Shown: positions 42,263 to 52,184, counted from the stretch's first letter. The stretch is DNA of 64,000 nucleotides from an uncultured bacterium (GCA_963759805.1 CAVXAT010000002.1:96001-160000); one strand, 5' to 3'. The notes: generated by a model from the letters alone, not told the origin. Translations and numbers: made by a program.

Positions 42263-43480
42263 TTAATAAACTCTTTTAGTCCATTCTATAGGATCAACTG
42301 AAATATTTCTTACTCGTAACTCCCAATGTAGGTGGTATCCATTGGCATATCCGGTCATTCCAAGATTACCGATTGGATTCCCCTTTTTAACTATATCGCC
42401 AACATTAATATCTGCAAAATTTTCTAAGTGAAAGTAAAGTGTGAAAACTCCGCAACCATGATCCAAAACAACAGTGTTGCCCGATATTAAAAAGCGATCT
42501 TTTATAATAACTCTTCCAATTTGACTTGCCCAAACTACCGCCTTTGGATTATCTATCAAATCAACCCCACGATGCATATATCTCCCCAACTCAGGAGTCA
42601 TTCTTATCTCTCCAAAAGGCGTTGAAATTCGTTTGACATTTACAGGGAATTCAAATGGCCCATGCCACATTTTTTCTTTGGGTGACTGCTCAAGCCAACG
42701 CACAATTGCTTCGTCCAAAACCTTGGCACTTGCGCTAATCTCTTTTTCTTCCTCAAGTTTTTCCTTTTTCACAGTAAATCCGCGCTGATGAGGAAATTGG
42801 AATTCAATAATCCGGACTTGCGAATTTAGTTTCAAGTTATTATTTACTAGATCTTCCAAACACGCAGTGAGTTGATACTCTGCAGCAGCAGTCTCAGTTT
42901 CAATTGGAATAAAACATTCATAAGTTGTTGAGCCTTTGGAATCAGGAAAACATTCATATTTTGCAGATAAAAACTCAACTTCAGCTTTTGCCAGTTTTTT
43001 GTTTGATCGAATCTTAATATGCAACGTTTTGCCCTGATCAACCTTATAACCGGACTCTATAAATGCCGCCATAAGAGGGCTGTTGTCAACGCAAAACTCT
43101 GTCGACTGTACAGCTTTATTTTTATTAAAACTTGAATCTATAGCATAGACATCAAGCTTATGTTTTCCATCCGAATACGTTCTAATGTCTGTTGAGATTG
43201 GTATTTCAAATTTCTTCGCTCCAACCTTTTTTACCCCATTGAATTCAACCTCTTTCCCATCAATCAAAACACCAATTGGGGAAATTTTATAACCGGTATC
43301 TGCACAAACCGAGAACTTAAGCTCTTTTGCAAATGCTAAGTCAGTCTCAATTCCGCTAAGAGAAAACTTGGGCGCAGTGCTGTATGAAAAATATGTGTAT
43401 ATTGAACTTGCAATCCAACCTATTACACAGAAAATAACAATACCGCTGACAACCAATGGAAAACGTAATTTGTTAAACAT
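42263..43480 (-). CDS. M23 family metallopeptidase, membrane anchored
   Basis: HRGVD, GNTVVLDHG, YFHL, GYHLHWE. Confidence 0.9.
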   Translation of the reverse strand: MFNKLRFPLVVSGIVIFCVIGWIASSIYTYFSYSTAPKFSLSGIETDLAFAKELKFSVCADTGYKISPIGVLIDGKEVEFNGVKKVGAKKFEIPISTDIRTYSDGKHKLDVYAIDSSFNKNKAVQSTEFCVDNSPLMAAFIESGYKVDQGKTLHIKIRSNKKLAKAEVEFLSAKYECFPDSKGSTTYECFIPIETETAAAEYQLTACLEDLVNNNLKLNSQVRIIEFQFPHQRGFTVKKEKLEEEKEISASAKVLDEAIVRWLEQSPKEKMWHGPFEFPVNVKRISTPFGEIRMTPELGRYMHRGVDLIDNPKAVVWASQIGRVIIKDRFLISGNTVVLDHGCGVFTLYFHLENFADINVGDIVKKGNPIGNLGMTGYANGYHLHWELRVRNISVDPIEWTKRVY

Positions 43481-43743
43481 ATCCTACTTTCAGACATAAA
43501 ATTAGATAAAAAATTAGACAATAACAAACCTAGGTCTATAAAATACATCATTTTTAAAGCTCTTCAAATAAAATTTGATAATTAATTTAAAATCAACAGT
43601 TTTTATCACTTTTAGCGAATTTGGATCTAAATATTGGGTTAAAAAGCGAAAAAACAACACCCATTTGAATAATAGAAAATATTCCCATACAATGTAAGTA
43701 TAGTTTATGTAACAATAACATTTTGTATTTTATAGGAATTAAC

Positions 43744-44724
43744 ATGAATTTAAGAAAAATATTTTTAATCACAGCTCTCTTCACCTCTCCATTTTATTTA
43801 ATTTATGGAATGGATGACAAAATGGATGACGGAAGGGATGATGAATTCCGTTGTTTTTTAGGAGTTCCACAACCATTATTAGAATATGAGGCTATGGAAC
43901 AATCATCTGATGCAACCCATGAAGATTTGCAGATGCAGACATCTGATGCACAATCTTTGGTGGAAAAAATTAAACACGAAATCACAACTCTAAATCTTAC
44001 AGCAATTGGGTCACTGTTGGCATCTGAGCCTGCGGCAAGATTGACCAGCGAACAAAGACGAGAGCTCTATCAAGAAGCACTCGGCCGTGAGGAAGAAATT
44101 TCAAAATTACTTGAAGACGGAATTTGCATATCAGGTGCAGCTGGCAATATAGAAAGAATCATTAGCTATCTTTATGCATTTCAGTTTATTGAAAAATTTG
44201 AATTCCCTAGAACGTTATTTACCAATCCACCTTATCATCGCAAAATTCATCCTGAAATTGGGCCCAATGTGCCATTAAATTCAGTTCTAGATGCATTAAT
44301 AAAAAACGAGAAGGAAGGTATATTAGTTTGTTGTTTTCATATTTCAGATTCTGAGATAGCAAAATCTTTGATGTTTAGAAATAGGGTTGGTGTCAAAGTT
44401 GAAATTGTAACCAATCAACAACAGGCCGAGAACATGTCAGCAATTAAACTTTTAATTAGAAGTGGCATCGAGGTGTCATGTCCAGCTGGACACCGATTCG
44501 AAACCGACCATCATAAATTCATTATATTTAAACGTAATATATTAAATAAATGTCTTGTTTGGCATGGTTCATATAATCCAACAAATTTCTCTAATACAAG
44601 CGCATGGGAAGACGTAACAATAGATGACAATCCAGAAGTACACCAACGCTATTCAGCCAGATTTCTGGAAATTAAGGCCGCCAGTACACGTATGACAATA
44701 GATATGCTGCCCAAAACACACTAG
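43744..44724 (+). CDS. Secreted phospholipase D/Nuc-like protein (single HKD-type motif)
   Basis: HHKFIIFK...WHGSYNPT...WED; signal peptide MNLRKIFLITALFTSPFYLIYG. Confidence 0.7.
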   Translation: MNLRKIFLITALFTSPFYLIYGMDDKMDDGRDDEFRCFLGVPQPLLEYEAMEQSSDATHEDLQMQTSDAQSLVEKIKHEITTLNLTAIGSLLASEPAARLTSEQRRELYQEALGREEEISKLLEDGICISGAAGNIERIISYLYAFQFIEKFEFPRTLFTNPPYHRKIHPEIGPNVPLNSVLDALIKNEKEGILVCCFHISDSEIAKSLMFRNRVGVKVEIVTNQQQAENMSAIKLLIRSGIEVSCPAGHRFETDHHKFIIFKRNILNKCLVWHGSYNPTNFSNTSAWEDVTIDDNPEVHQRYSARFLEIKAASTRMTIDMLPKTH

Positions 44725-44789
44725 ATCTAATTCATGTATATTTTAAATAAAAAAATAAACTTGTATAACTGTATCGGAAATTTGAACTC

Positions 44790-46589
44790 ATGAAAGAGAT
44801 TGATAGTAAAAATCTAGAAACACAGATCAAAAATCTTCCCAGAAACTCTGGCGTTTATCTTTTTAAAGATTCTCAGGATCTTGTTTTGTATATTGGCAAA
44901 GCCAAAAACTTAAAAAGTCGCGTATCAAGTTATTTAAAAAGCGATGACATAAAATCCTACTCACTACGGCAAGAGAGTGAGCATCTAGATTTTATAGTAA
45001 CAAAAAATGAACTTGAAGCCATGCTTCTTGAAGCAAAATTAATTCAAACGCATCAACCGAAATTCAATGTACTTTTGAAAACTGGGCAGCCTTTTTTATG
45101 GATTCTAATAAGCCAAAATCTATCATCTGTCACATTACCTGAACTTAAGCTTGTACGTAATCAAAAACAGAAAGGCACATATTTCGGCCCATTTTTAGAA
45201 AAAAACTCGGCACGAAAGGTTTATGATTTCCTAATCAAGACATTCAGATTAAAACTGTGCAAAAAAAAGATTCCTAGCGGCTGCCTTGCGTACCACATGG
45301 GAATCTGTGCAGGAAAATGTAGACCTGATTTTGATAAAAACAGTTATCTGGAAAGAATCGAGCTTGCAAAGTTTGCACTAAAGAACAATCATGCCGAATT
45401 TTTAAAACATTTAAAAAGTTTAATCAAAGAACATAACAAAAAGATGGAATTTGAAAAGGCTCGTCAACTTCACAGTTATATGGCTGCATTTGAGAGAGTT
45501 TTTGATATTCTTGAAACTAAGCCAATAACAAAATTCAAACTCGATGAAAAAGATATCTGGTTTTTAACAGAAGACAAGTCTGCACTATTTTTATTTAAAG
45601 AGAAAAACAGTGTTCTTATAAAAAAAGAGGCTTTTTACTTTCCCAAAGAGTATCAATTGCCAGCCCAGTTTCTGGCTCCATTAGAACAAACCCTTCGACA
45701 GGCTCAGGGTGAGCGCAGAGAGCACCTTGAAGAACCCGCTCGTGGCGCCTGCCCGCCGAAGCTAAACCTAAGCGAAGGCTGGGAGCTTGTCGAACCATTT
45801 CAATGGGTTCTTAAGGCTCAGAAGAGGGCTCAGAAAAACTCTAATATCAAAGAATCTAGTTATCTAGATTTTTTTGAAAGTTACTATCGAACTTATCCCG
45901 CCCCATCAATCATTTTAGTTAATTTTGAAATTGATAATGCAACCCAAAAACTTTATCAAAAATTCATAAAATCTTGGCATAAGAAAAGTTATGACGTCTC
46001 AATAATAATGAAGCCCGAATCCGGCCACTTTGCCAATCTGATCAAGTTAGCAAAAATTCATGTAGATGCAGAAATATCAAAACAGGCCACAATTCCAAAA
46101 GCACTGAAAAGTCTACTAAAACTCCCAATTGAGCCCCACACTATTGATTGTTTTGATATTTCACATAAACAGGGCATGTACATGGTTGGATCATGTGTAC
46201 GTTTTGCCGATAACATCCCGGACAAAAAAAATTTTAGGCATTTTTATATAAAAAGCATAGAACAACAAAATGACTATGCCGCGTTGCATGAAATTGTTCA
46301 ACGCAGGTACAGAAATACAAACGAACTTCCCGATTTAATCTTAATTGATGGAGGCAAGGGGCAACTCAACGCCGTCCAGAAACTATTTCCACAGGCAGAA
46401 TTTGCAAGCTTGGCAAAAAAAGAAGAAACTGTTTTTTCTAAACGAATTCCTGAGGGTAAAAAACTGAATTTAAAAAGTTTTGTGGGACAAACATTAACCG
46501 CTCTTAGAGATTATGCACACCACTTTGCGATAAGTTTTCATCGCAAAGTGGAACACAAAAATTCATTTGATATTAACTCAATCGATTGA
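44790..46589 (+). CDS. uvrC: Excinuclease UvrC (shortened, with in-frame repeat insertion)
   Basis: GVY..YIGKAKNLKSRV GIY-YIG, Cys-rich region, FDISH, DYAAL, LIDGGKGQ, RDYAHHFA; no C-terminal HhH domain. Confidence 0.88.
   Translation: MKEIDSKNLETQIKNLPRNSGVYLFKDSQDLVLYIGKAKNLKSRVSSYLKSDDIKSYSLRQESEHLDFIVTKNELEAMLLEAKLIQTHQPKFNVLLKTGQPFLWILISQNLSSVTLPELKLVRNQKQKGTYFGPFLEKNSARKVYDFLIKTFRLKLCKKKIPSGCLAYHMGICAGKCRPDFDKNSYLERIELAKFALKNNHAEFLKHLKSLIKEHNKKMEFEKARQLHSYMAAFERVFDILETKPITKFKLDEKDIWFLTEDKSALFLFKEKNSVLIKKEAFYFPKEYQLPAQFLAPLEQTLRQAQGERREHLEEPARGACPPKLNLSEGWELVEPFQWVLKAQKRAQKNSNIKESSYLDFFESYYRTYPAPSIILVNFEIDNATQKLYQKFIKSWHKKSYDVSIIMKPESGHFANLIKLAKIHVDAEISKQATIPKALKSLLKLPIEPHTIDCFDISHKQGMYMVGSCVRFADNIPDKKNFRHFYIKSIEQQNDYAALHEIVQRRYRNTNELPDLILIDGGKGQLNAVQKLFPQAEFASLAKKEETVFSKRIPEGKKLNLKSFVGQTLTALRDYAHHFAISFHRKVEHKNSFDINSID
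45690..45812. repeat. Inverted pair of ttcgaca(a/g)gctc repeats with a nested 36-nt element (45747-45782, minus strand), in uvrC
   Basis: cccttcgacaggctcagggtgagcg ... ccgctcgtggc|gcctgcccgccgaagctaaacctaagcgaaggctgg|gagcttgtcgaaccatttcaatgggttctt. Confidence 0.85.
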
Positions 46590-46928
46590 ATCTAGTTTTG
46601 TAAGCAAGTCGACAGCCCCTGACATATTTTCTTTCAATTTTTCTTTGCAAATTTCAATATTATTCATGCAGATTGAATGTTCAGGATTGTGCGCAAGCGC
46701 CAAAGTATAAGATTTGATGGCATTTTGAAAATCACCTCTTCGTTGTGAAAGTTTTCCCAAATCATAATAAAGCTTACCCATATCTTCATTAAAATCATTA
46801 ACAGAGTAACCACCATAGTCCTGATCGCTACTACTTTTAAAGAAAGGCAAAAAAAACCATACGCACATAAATAAAATAGCAACCCAAACAACCGGCACTT
46901 GCATTCGTAAAACCATCATCATCTCCAC
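46578..46928 (-). CDS. Small membrane-anchored TPR protein
   Basis: TM segment, then YYDLG...GDFQNAIKSYTLALAHNP. Confidence 0.7.
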   Translation of the reverse strand: MEMMMVLRMQVPVVWVAILFMCVWFFLPFFKSSSDQDYGGYSVNDFNEDMGKLYYDLGKLSQRRGDFQNAIKSYTLALAHNPEHSICMNNIEICKEKLKENMSGAVDLLTKLDSID

Positions 46929-46966
46929 CCAAATATCAAAATAGCCCTTATTATTTTGTTAAAATA

Positions 46967-47923
46967 TTATTTTTTGTTAAAAAGTTCTTTAATCGTTGTA
47001 AGCGAACCCATCAAAGCTGTAGCCTCATAAGGCATCATTATAATTTTATCGTCTTTGCCTTTTGTAATCTCAGGCAATGTTTTAATGTAATTAATTGCAA
47101 CCATGTATGGCAAAGGATCAGCGTTGGGGATAGCTTTTCTGACAACTTCAATTGAATCAGCTTCTGCTTGAGACAAAATCAATCTGGCCTCAGCCTCTCC
47201 CTTTGCACGAGTAACTTTAGACTGATAGTCACCCTCAGCACAAAGAATTGCCGATGACTTTTGTCCTTCTGCTTCCAAAATCAAGGCACGACGATCACGC
47301 TCTGCTCTCATCTGTTTTTCCATTGCCTGCCGAATGTCAACAGGAGGCATAATCTCTTGTAACTCAACTCTATTAACTTTGACGCCCCATTTTTCGGTTG
47401 CATCATCAAGCACGTGCCTCAATCTCTCATTAATTCTATCACGCGACGTTAATGTTTCATCCAAATCCATCGAACCGATTATGTTTCGCATGGTAGTTTG
47501 TGTCAGTTTTTCAATCGCAAGGGGAAGGTCTGCAACTTCATAAATGGCAGCCTTAGGATCAGTAATTTGATAGTAAAGTAAAACGCTTATTTCGATCGAA
47601 ACATTATCTTTAGTTATAACACTCTGCCTTGGAAAGTCATAAACGGTTTCTCGTAAATCAATTCTATCAATAAAAGAGTTATATCTGTAAGTAACTTTTC
47701 CGCGAGGATCATCTTTTAAAAGAGTCCAGTAAACACTTCTGGGTTGATCCATAAATGGCACAACAAAATGCAACCCAGAGGTAAGCATCTTGTGAAAACA
47801 CCCAAAGCGTTCAATCATAACAACTTCAGCTTGCCTGACCAGATAAGTTGATTTCAGAAGAGCTGCAAGCAAAAATATAAACAAGACAGCAAAAAATACG
47901 GAAATAATCATTGTAATCATCAT
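46967..47923 (-). CDS. SPFH/Band 7 (QmcA-like) protein
   Basis: IERFG, ITKDNV, RNIIG, WGVKVNRVE, AMEKQMRAER. Confidence 0.92.
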   Translation of the reverse strand: MMITMIISVFFAVLFIFLLAALLKSTYLVRQAEVVMIERFGCFHKMLTSGLHFVVPFMDQPRSVYWTLLKDDPRGKVTYRYNSFIDRIDLRETVYDFPRQSVITKDNVSIEISVLLYYQITDPKAAIYEVADLPLAIEKLTQTTMRNIIGSMDLDETLTSRDRINERLRHVLDDATEKWGVKVNRVELQEIMPPVDIRQAMEKQMRAERDRRALILEAEGQKSSAILCAEGDYQSKVTRAKGEAEARLILSQAEADSIEVVRKAIPNADPLPYMVAINYIKTLPEITKGKDDKIIMMPYEATALMGSLTTIKELFNKK

Positions 47924-48423
47924 AAACTCCTAACAACAAGCTTGTTACCCTGAATATCAACAATTTTAACAACAGTGCCAATTTGCAACATAGAGCCATC
48001 TCTTATAATTGCCCCCCACAACTCTCTATTAACTTTGACCGCCCCAGGTTGATTCACACTAATTGGTTCAACAACTACCGCCTCTTGCCCAATCAACGCA
48101 TCAACATTTGTTTTATTATCAAGATTTTTGGTTTTGTGTGTTGCAAAAAAAGATTTAATAGCAATGAAACAGACTGCCCCACCCAGAAGTGCAATCACAA
48201 TTTGAAAAATTATTGAGAAATCAAAAAAAGCTACGATTGCAGCACACACGGCACCACATGCAAAGGCAACGAAAAAAAATAACCCTGGAGTTGAAAGTTC
48301 AAGAAGAAGCAGTACCAGAGCAAGAATCAGCCACACATAGGGCGTATATCCAAGATATTGAACCAGTAAATTATTATTAAGTTCCCTATAATATTCTTTC
48401 ATAGTCCAAAAATATTCTTTCAT
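47920..48423 (-). CDS. NfeD-like membrane protein
   Basis: WLILALVLLLLEL..PG, LIGQEAVV, GAVKV..ELW; adjacent to the SPFH gene. Confidence 0.85.
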   Translation of the reverse strand: MKEYFWTMKEYYRELNNNLLVQYLGYTPYVWLILALVLLLLELSTPGLFFFVAFACGAVCAAIVAFFDFSIIFQIVIALLGGAVCFIAIKSFFATHKTKNLDNKTNVDALIGQEAVVVEPISVNQPGAVKVNRELWGAIIRDGSMLQIGTVVKIVDIQGNKLVVRSL

Positions 48424-48790
48424 AAAGCCCTCTTCTTTCGTAAAGACCTATACATCGGTTAAAATATAATTAGATTTTACCAGAACCCCATAAAATCTAA
48501 ACAAAAATCTGTCATACCTACAAAATATCTTTGCCAGCCAAGCTTTAAAGCCAACCCAACAACAAATATTTTCAAACAAGCAAAAACTGCCGATCAGCTT
48601 GCACTATTCTTTCAAGCATAAATTTTTATATGCCAAACCAGCACATTATCTTGATTATCGTCTTAAAACATGTAAAGATAAACAATCGACTAAAGTAATA
48701 AAGGTTATCAAAAAGCTACTGACTCTCGCAAATTATAATTTAGATAATAATCTAGAAAATTAACGGTTTATTGAAAATAAGGGTTTATTC

Positions 48791-49582
48791 ATGAATAAAA
48801 GTTTCGTTAAGACACGTCTTGTAAAAACAAGTTTTCTAATCCTATCTTTAGGCGCAGCAACATTTATCTGTGGCTGCAGTAAACAAAAAAGCCGAAATGA
48901 ACTAGGATATGAAGAGCTCAAACAACAGGCTTACGCAGATTTAAGTAATAAAAAAGAGGATTCTGCATCGGAGTACTTGGAAGAGATAGTGACACGTTTT
49001 GCCGACCGCCAGGATATCTCGCAACACAAATTAGCCTTAGCCGAAACCTATTTTAAACTTGGAAAGTTCCCATCAGCTTACGAACTTTACAACAATTTTG
49101 CACAATTCTATCCATCCGATGAAAATGCAGAGTATGCAAAGTACCGTGCAATTCTTTCAAAATTTTACCAAACTCTAAATCCTAACTGCGACCAGACAAC
49201 AACAATTGAGGCAACCAAGCTTTGCAAAGAGTATCTTGATACCCCTGCCTACAAAAAGCATGCCTCTGATGTACGTGATATACAACATACATGCGAATTT
49301 AAGCTAATAGACAAAGAGGTTTACGTATTTAATTTTTATTTACATCAAAAAAAGTACGTTGCTGCGCAAAATCGCATAAATTCATTAGAAAAAGAGTATT
49401 TACCTAAGAATCCAAGCCTTGAGGCCCGCATTCTTTACCTGAAGTGTCAGCTGGCAAAAAAACAAAAAAAGAACACAGAATTTAAGCAACATCTTGAACA
49501 GTTATTAATGAAGTTCCCGGATTCACAATTCACGCAACTGGCGCAGGGAATTAAGAGCAAACCTACTGATATGTTCTTTTAA
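48791..49582 (+). CDS. bamD: Outer membrane assembly lipoprotein BamD-like
   Basis: Lipobox ICGC, TPR repeats, FYPS..AEYA.Y, DQT, YVAAQNR. Confidence 0.75.
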   Translation: MNKSFVKTRLVKTSFLILSLGAATFICGCSKQKSRNELGYEELKQQAYADLSNKKEDSASEYLEEIVTRFADRQDISQHKLALAETYFKLGKFPSAYELYNNFAQFYPSDENAEYAKYRAILSKFYQTLNPNCDQTTTIEATKLCKEYLDTPAYKKHASDVRDIQHTCEFKLIDKEVYVFNFYLHQKKYVAAQNRINSLEKEYLPKNPSLEARILYLKCQLAKKQKKNTEFKQHLEQLLMKFPDSQFTQLAQGIKSKPTDMFF

Positions 49583-49603
49583 GCCGCGCCATACACATAA
49601 TTC

Positions 49604-49975
49604 ATGACAATCACAAACAAAAAATTAGTTGGAATAACAGGAGAGCAAGCCGTTGAAAAATGGCTTGCTCTTAATAATTTTAAGATTCTCGCTCGCAACT
49701 ACAGTATTCGATATGGCGAAGTGGACCTGATCGCACAGCATGATGACGTCATCGCTTTTATAGAAGTAAAAACCCGAAAAACAGAATATTTTCCAACTTC
49801 ACTTGTCGTGAATAGATCCAAGCAACTCAAAATTATAAAAGCTGCCAAGCATTTTGTCTTGCAAAATCAAATTAGAGACAAAGTCTTACGATTCGATGTC
49901 GCAACCGTTCATTTAAAAGAAAATAATGAGCACGAAGTTACATATATTCCAAATGCCTTCATGAGACCGGAGTAA
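49604..49975 (+). CDS. yraN: YraN (UPF0102) endonuclease-like protein
   Basis: GE..., ILARNY, GEVDLIA, FIEVKTR, RFDV, IPNAF. Confidence 0.9.
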   Translation: MTITNKKLVGITGEQAVEKWLALNNFKILARNYSIRYGEVDLIAQHDDVIAFIEVKTRKTEYFPTSLVVNRSKQLKIIKAAKHFVLQNQIRDKVLRFDVATVHLKENNEHEVTYIPNAFMRPE

Positions 49976-50172
49976 CAGACAGCCCTTTTATTAAAAGCAG
50001 CCAAAAATAGTTCAAAAATGCCCATTTTTTACGTTTTTTTTAATTTAACGGCAATTTAATGGCAGTTTAATGGCAATACCAAAAAGATCACCCAATTTAA
50101 TAAGAGATCTTGATGCTCGCCAACAGTTCAGGCCAAATTTAAATAAAAAATTATTTTGAGCATTAAAATTTT

Positions 50173-50982
50173 TCAGCGACCATCAATTTCAAATTCTTTT
50201 TTCAAATAACTTTGTTCAATAGGGGTAAAGGCACACCATGCCAAAATCAATTGAACCGGATCACCATCTTTGTTCAAGTGAGGCAGATTTACAATATCAT
50301 AAAATTCATTCATTCTGTTTTGTTTTTTGAGATATTTAAGAATCAAAATTAATAGAACTTGATTAAAATCTGTAACATTACGACATATCATTAAAGGGAC
50401 AGCAGGTATTCCCGCCCAAGTGACCACATATTTGCCATCAGGACTCCATGCCCCCGATTTCCTCCGGCCGTTTGATGTTACTTCGTATAGATCAAATGAT
50501 GCCCCTTCAATAATATCTCCCTCGGGATTCAATGCTACCGAGCACATCGAATCTTTATACGATGCAAGCGTTCTGCATTCTCCTGTTTCTACATTCCATT
50601 CCCTTGCCGTTCCATCAGATAATACCCCTGCAATATATTCACCATCAGGACTCCATACTACTGAGCTCATCCGTCTTTCACTCTCAGCACCCAAGGTTTT
50701 GTGCAACACAAAAAAATCGGGTAATAAGCTCGCTGCCAAACCTTTTGGCACTTCAGGATCTTCACAATACTTTTCAAAAAAATTTAATTTTTCAAAAAAG
50801 TTTAACGTTTCGACATCCCCTGCAATCAATTTTTCTATAAAAGCGTCTGTTTTCACAATACTCGCAACACATGCAGTACAACTTTCCTGCAATTTTGGCA
50901 TAGCAACCAAAACTGTTTTTTGAGAGCAAGTGATCAAGGGTAAAATCAAAAATAATTTTGTTGTTTTAAATAAATTTTTCAT
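50173..50982 (-). CDS. Secreted WD40-repeat protein (shorter duplicate of the next gene)
   Basis: WSPDG repeats; long stretches nearly identical to 50979..52037. Confidence 0.8.
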   Translation of the reverse strand: MKNLFKTTKLFLILPLITCSQKTVLVAMPKLQESCTACVASIVKTDAFIEKLIAGDVETLNFFEKLNFFEKYCEDPEVPKGLAASLLPDFFVLHKTLGAESERRMSSVVWSPDGEYIAGVLSDGTAREWNVETGECRTLASYKDSMCSVALNPEGDIIEGASFDLYEVTSNGRRKSGAWSPDGKYVVTWAGIPAVPLMICRNVTDFNQVLLILILKYLKKQNRMNEFYDIVNLPHLNKDGDPVQLILAWCAFTPIEQSYLKKEFEIDGR

Positions 50983-52037
50983 AAATTCTGGAGCACAACA
51001 CTTACCATCTGGGGCACATCAAAACCCTTACCATTAAATACTTCTAGTGAGTATCGAGTTATCGAGCCATCTTGAAAACACTGTTCAAGCTCAGGGTCAA
51101 TACCAAATCTTTCTTTCAGATAACGCTGTTCAATAGGAGTAAAGGCATACCATGCTAAAATCAACTGAATCTGATCGGCCTCTCTATTTAAGTGGGGCTC
51201 ATTTACAATTTTATAAAATTCATTCATTCGATTGTGTTTTTTAAGATATTGAAGAACTAAAAATAATAGAATTTGATTAAAATCTGCAACTTCACGCCAT
51301 ATCGTTAAAGGAGTACCGTCTCGCCAACTGACCAAATATTCGCCATCAGGACTCCATGCTCCCGATATCCCCTGATGTTTATTCCAGCCATTTGATCTTA
51401 CTTTGTATAGATCAAATAATGTGCTGTGAAGAGTTTTCCACTCATGACTAAATGATACCCAAATCGAATCTTTATACGATGCAAGCGTTCTGAATTCTCC
51501 TGTTTCTACATTCCATTCTCTTGCCGTTCCATCATATAATACCCCTGCAATACATTTACCATCAGGACTCCATGCTACTGACTTAACCCCACAACCATGC
51601 ACTGTAAACACTCTGCATTCTCTTGATGCTACATGCCATATGCTTACTATTCCATCAAATGAGGGAATTTTAAATGATGCACTGGCAATATATTTACCAT
51701 CAGGACTCCATGCTACTGATGACGTCCACGTTGCAACCTCTACAGCCAAGATTTTGTGTTGCACAAAGAAATCGGGTAATAAGCTCGCTGCCAAACCTTT
51801 TGGCGCTTCAGGATCTTCACAATACTTTTCAAAAAAATTTAATTTTTCAAAAAAGTTTAACGTTTCGACATCCCCTGAAATCAATTTTTCTATAAAAGCG
51901 TCTGTTTTCACAATACTCGCGATTCGCGCAGCGCAACTTTCCTGCAAAGTCAACATTCCAAATAAAATTGTTTTTTGAAAGCAAGCGATCAGGAATAAAA
52001 TTAAAAATAATTTTGTTGTTTTTACTAAATTGTTCAT
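50979..52037 (-). CDS. Secreted WD40-repeat protein
   Basis: SVAWSPDGK repeats; signal peptide MNNLVKTTKLFLILFLIAC. Confidence 0.8.
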   Translation of the reverse strand: MNNLVKTTKLFLILFLIACFQKTILFGMLTLQESCAARIASIVKTDAFIEKLISGDVETLNFFEKLNFFEKYCEDPEAPKGLAASLLPDFFVQHKILAVEVATWTSSVAWSPDGKYIASASFKIPSFDGIVSIWHVASRECRVFTVHGCGVKSVAWSPDGKCIAGVLYDGTAREWNVETGEFRTLASYKDSIWVSFSHEWKTLHSTLFDLYKVRSNGWNKHQGISGAWSPDGEYLVSWRDGTPLTIWREVADFNQILLFLVLQYLKKHNRMNEFYKIVNEPHLNREADQIQLILAWYAFTPIEQRYLKERFGIDPELEQCFQDGSITRYSLEVFNGKGFDVPQMVSVVLQNL

Positions 52038-52184
52038 AAATAATCCCAAAGCTAAGTAAAAGTTAAGTAATAGAATAAACATAATACAACTAAGTTGGGA
52101 GAGTTTAGCAACAAAAACGAAAAAGTAAAATTTAGATTATGTTTTTATATTTTAAATTGATAGCTTTAAAATTACGCTCTATTT

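Noticed and set aside
489..45782. 36-nt repeats as CRISPR direct repeats
   Set aside because: Copies are dispersed, divergent and inside genes, with no regular spacers and no cas genes
37150..45830. Inteins in MiaB, UvrC or NurA
   Set aside because: Inserts are short and lack the N-terminal C/S and C-terminal HN-C/S/T splice motifs; they are explained by palindromic DNA repeats
50042..50077. Three tandem 11-mers a(a/g)tttaa(c/t)ggc
   Set aside because: Real but short, lying between convergent genes; no evidence of function
31678..52037. Diversity-generating retroelement behind the near-identical repeats
   Set aside because: No reverse transcriptase, and differences between copies are not adenine-specific
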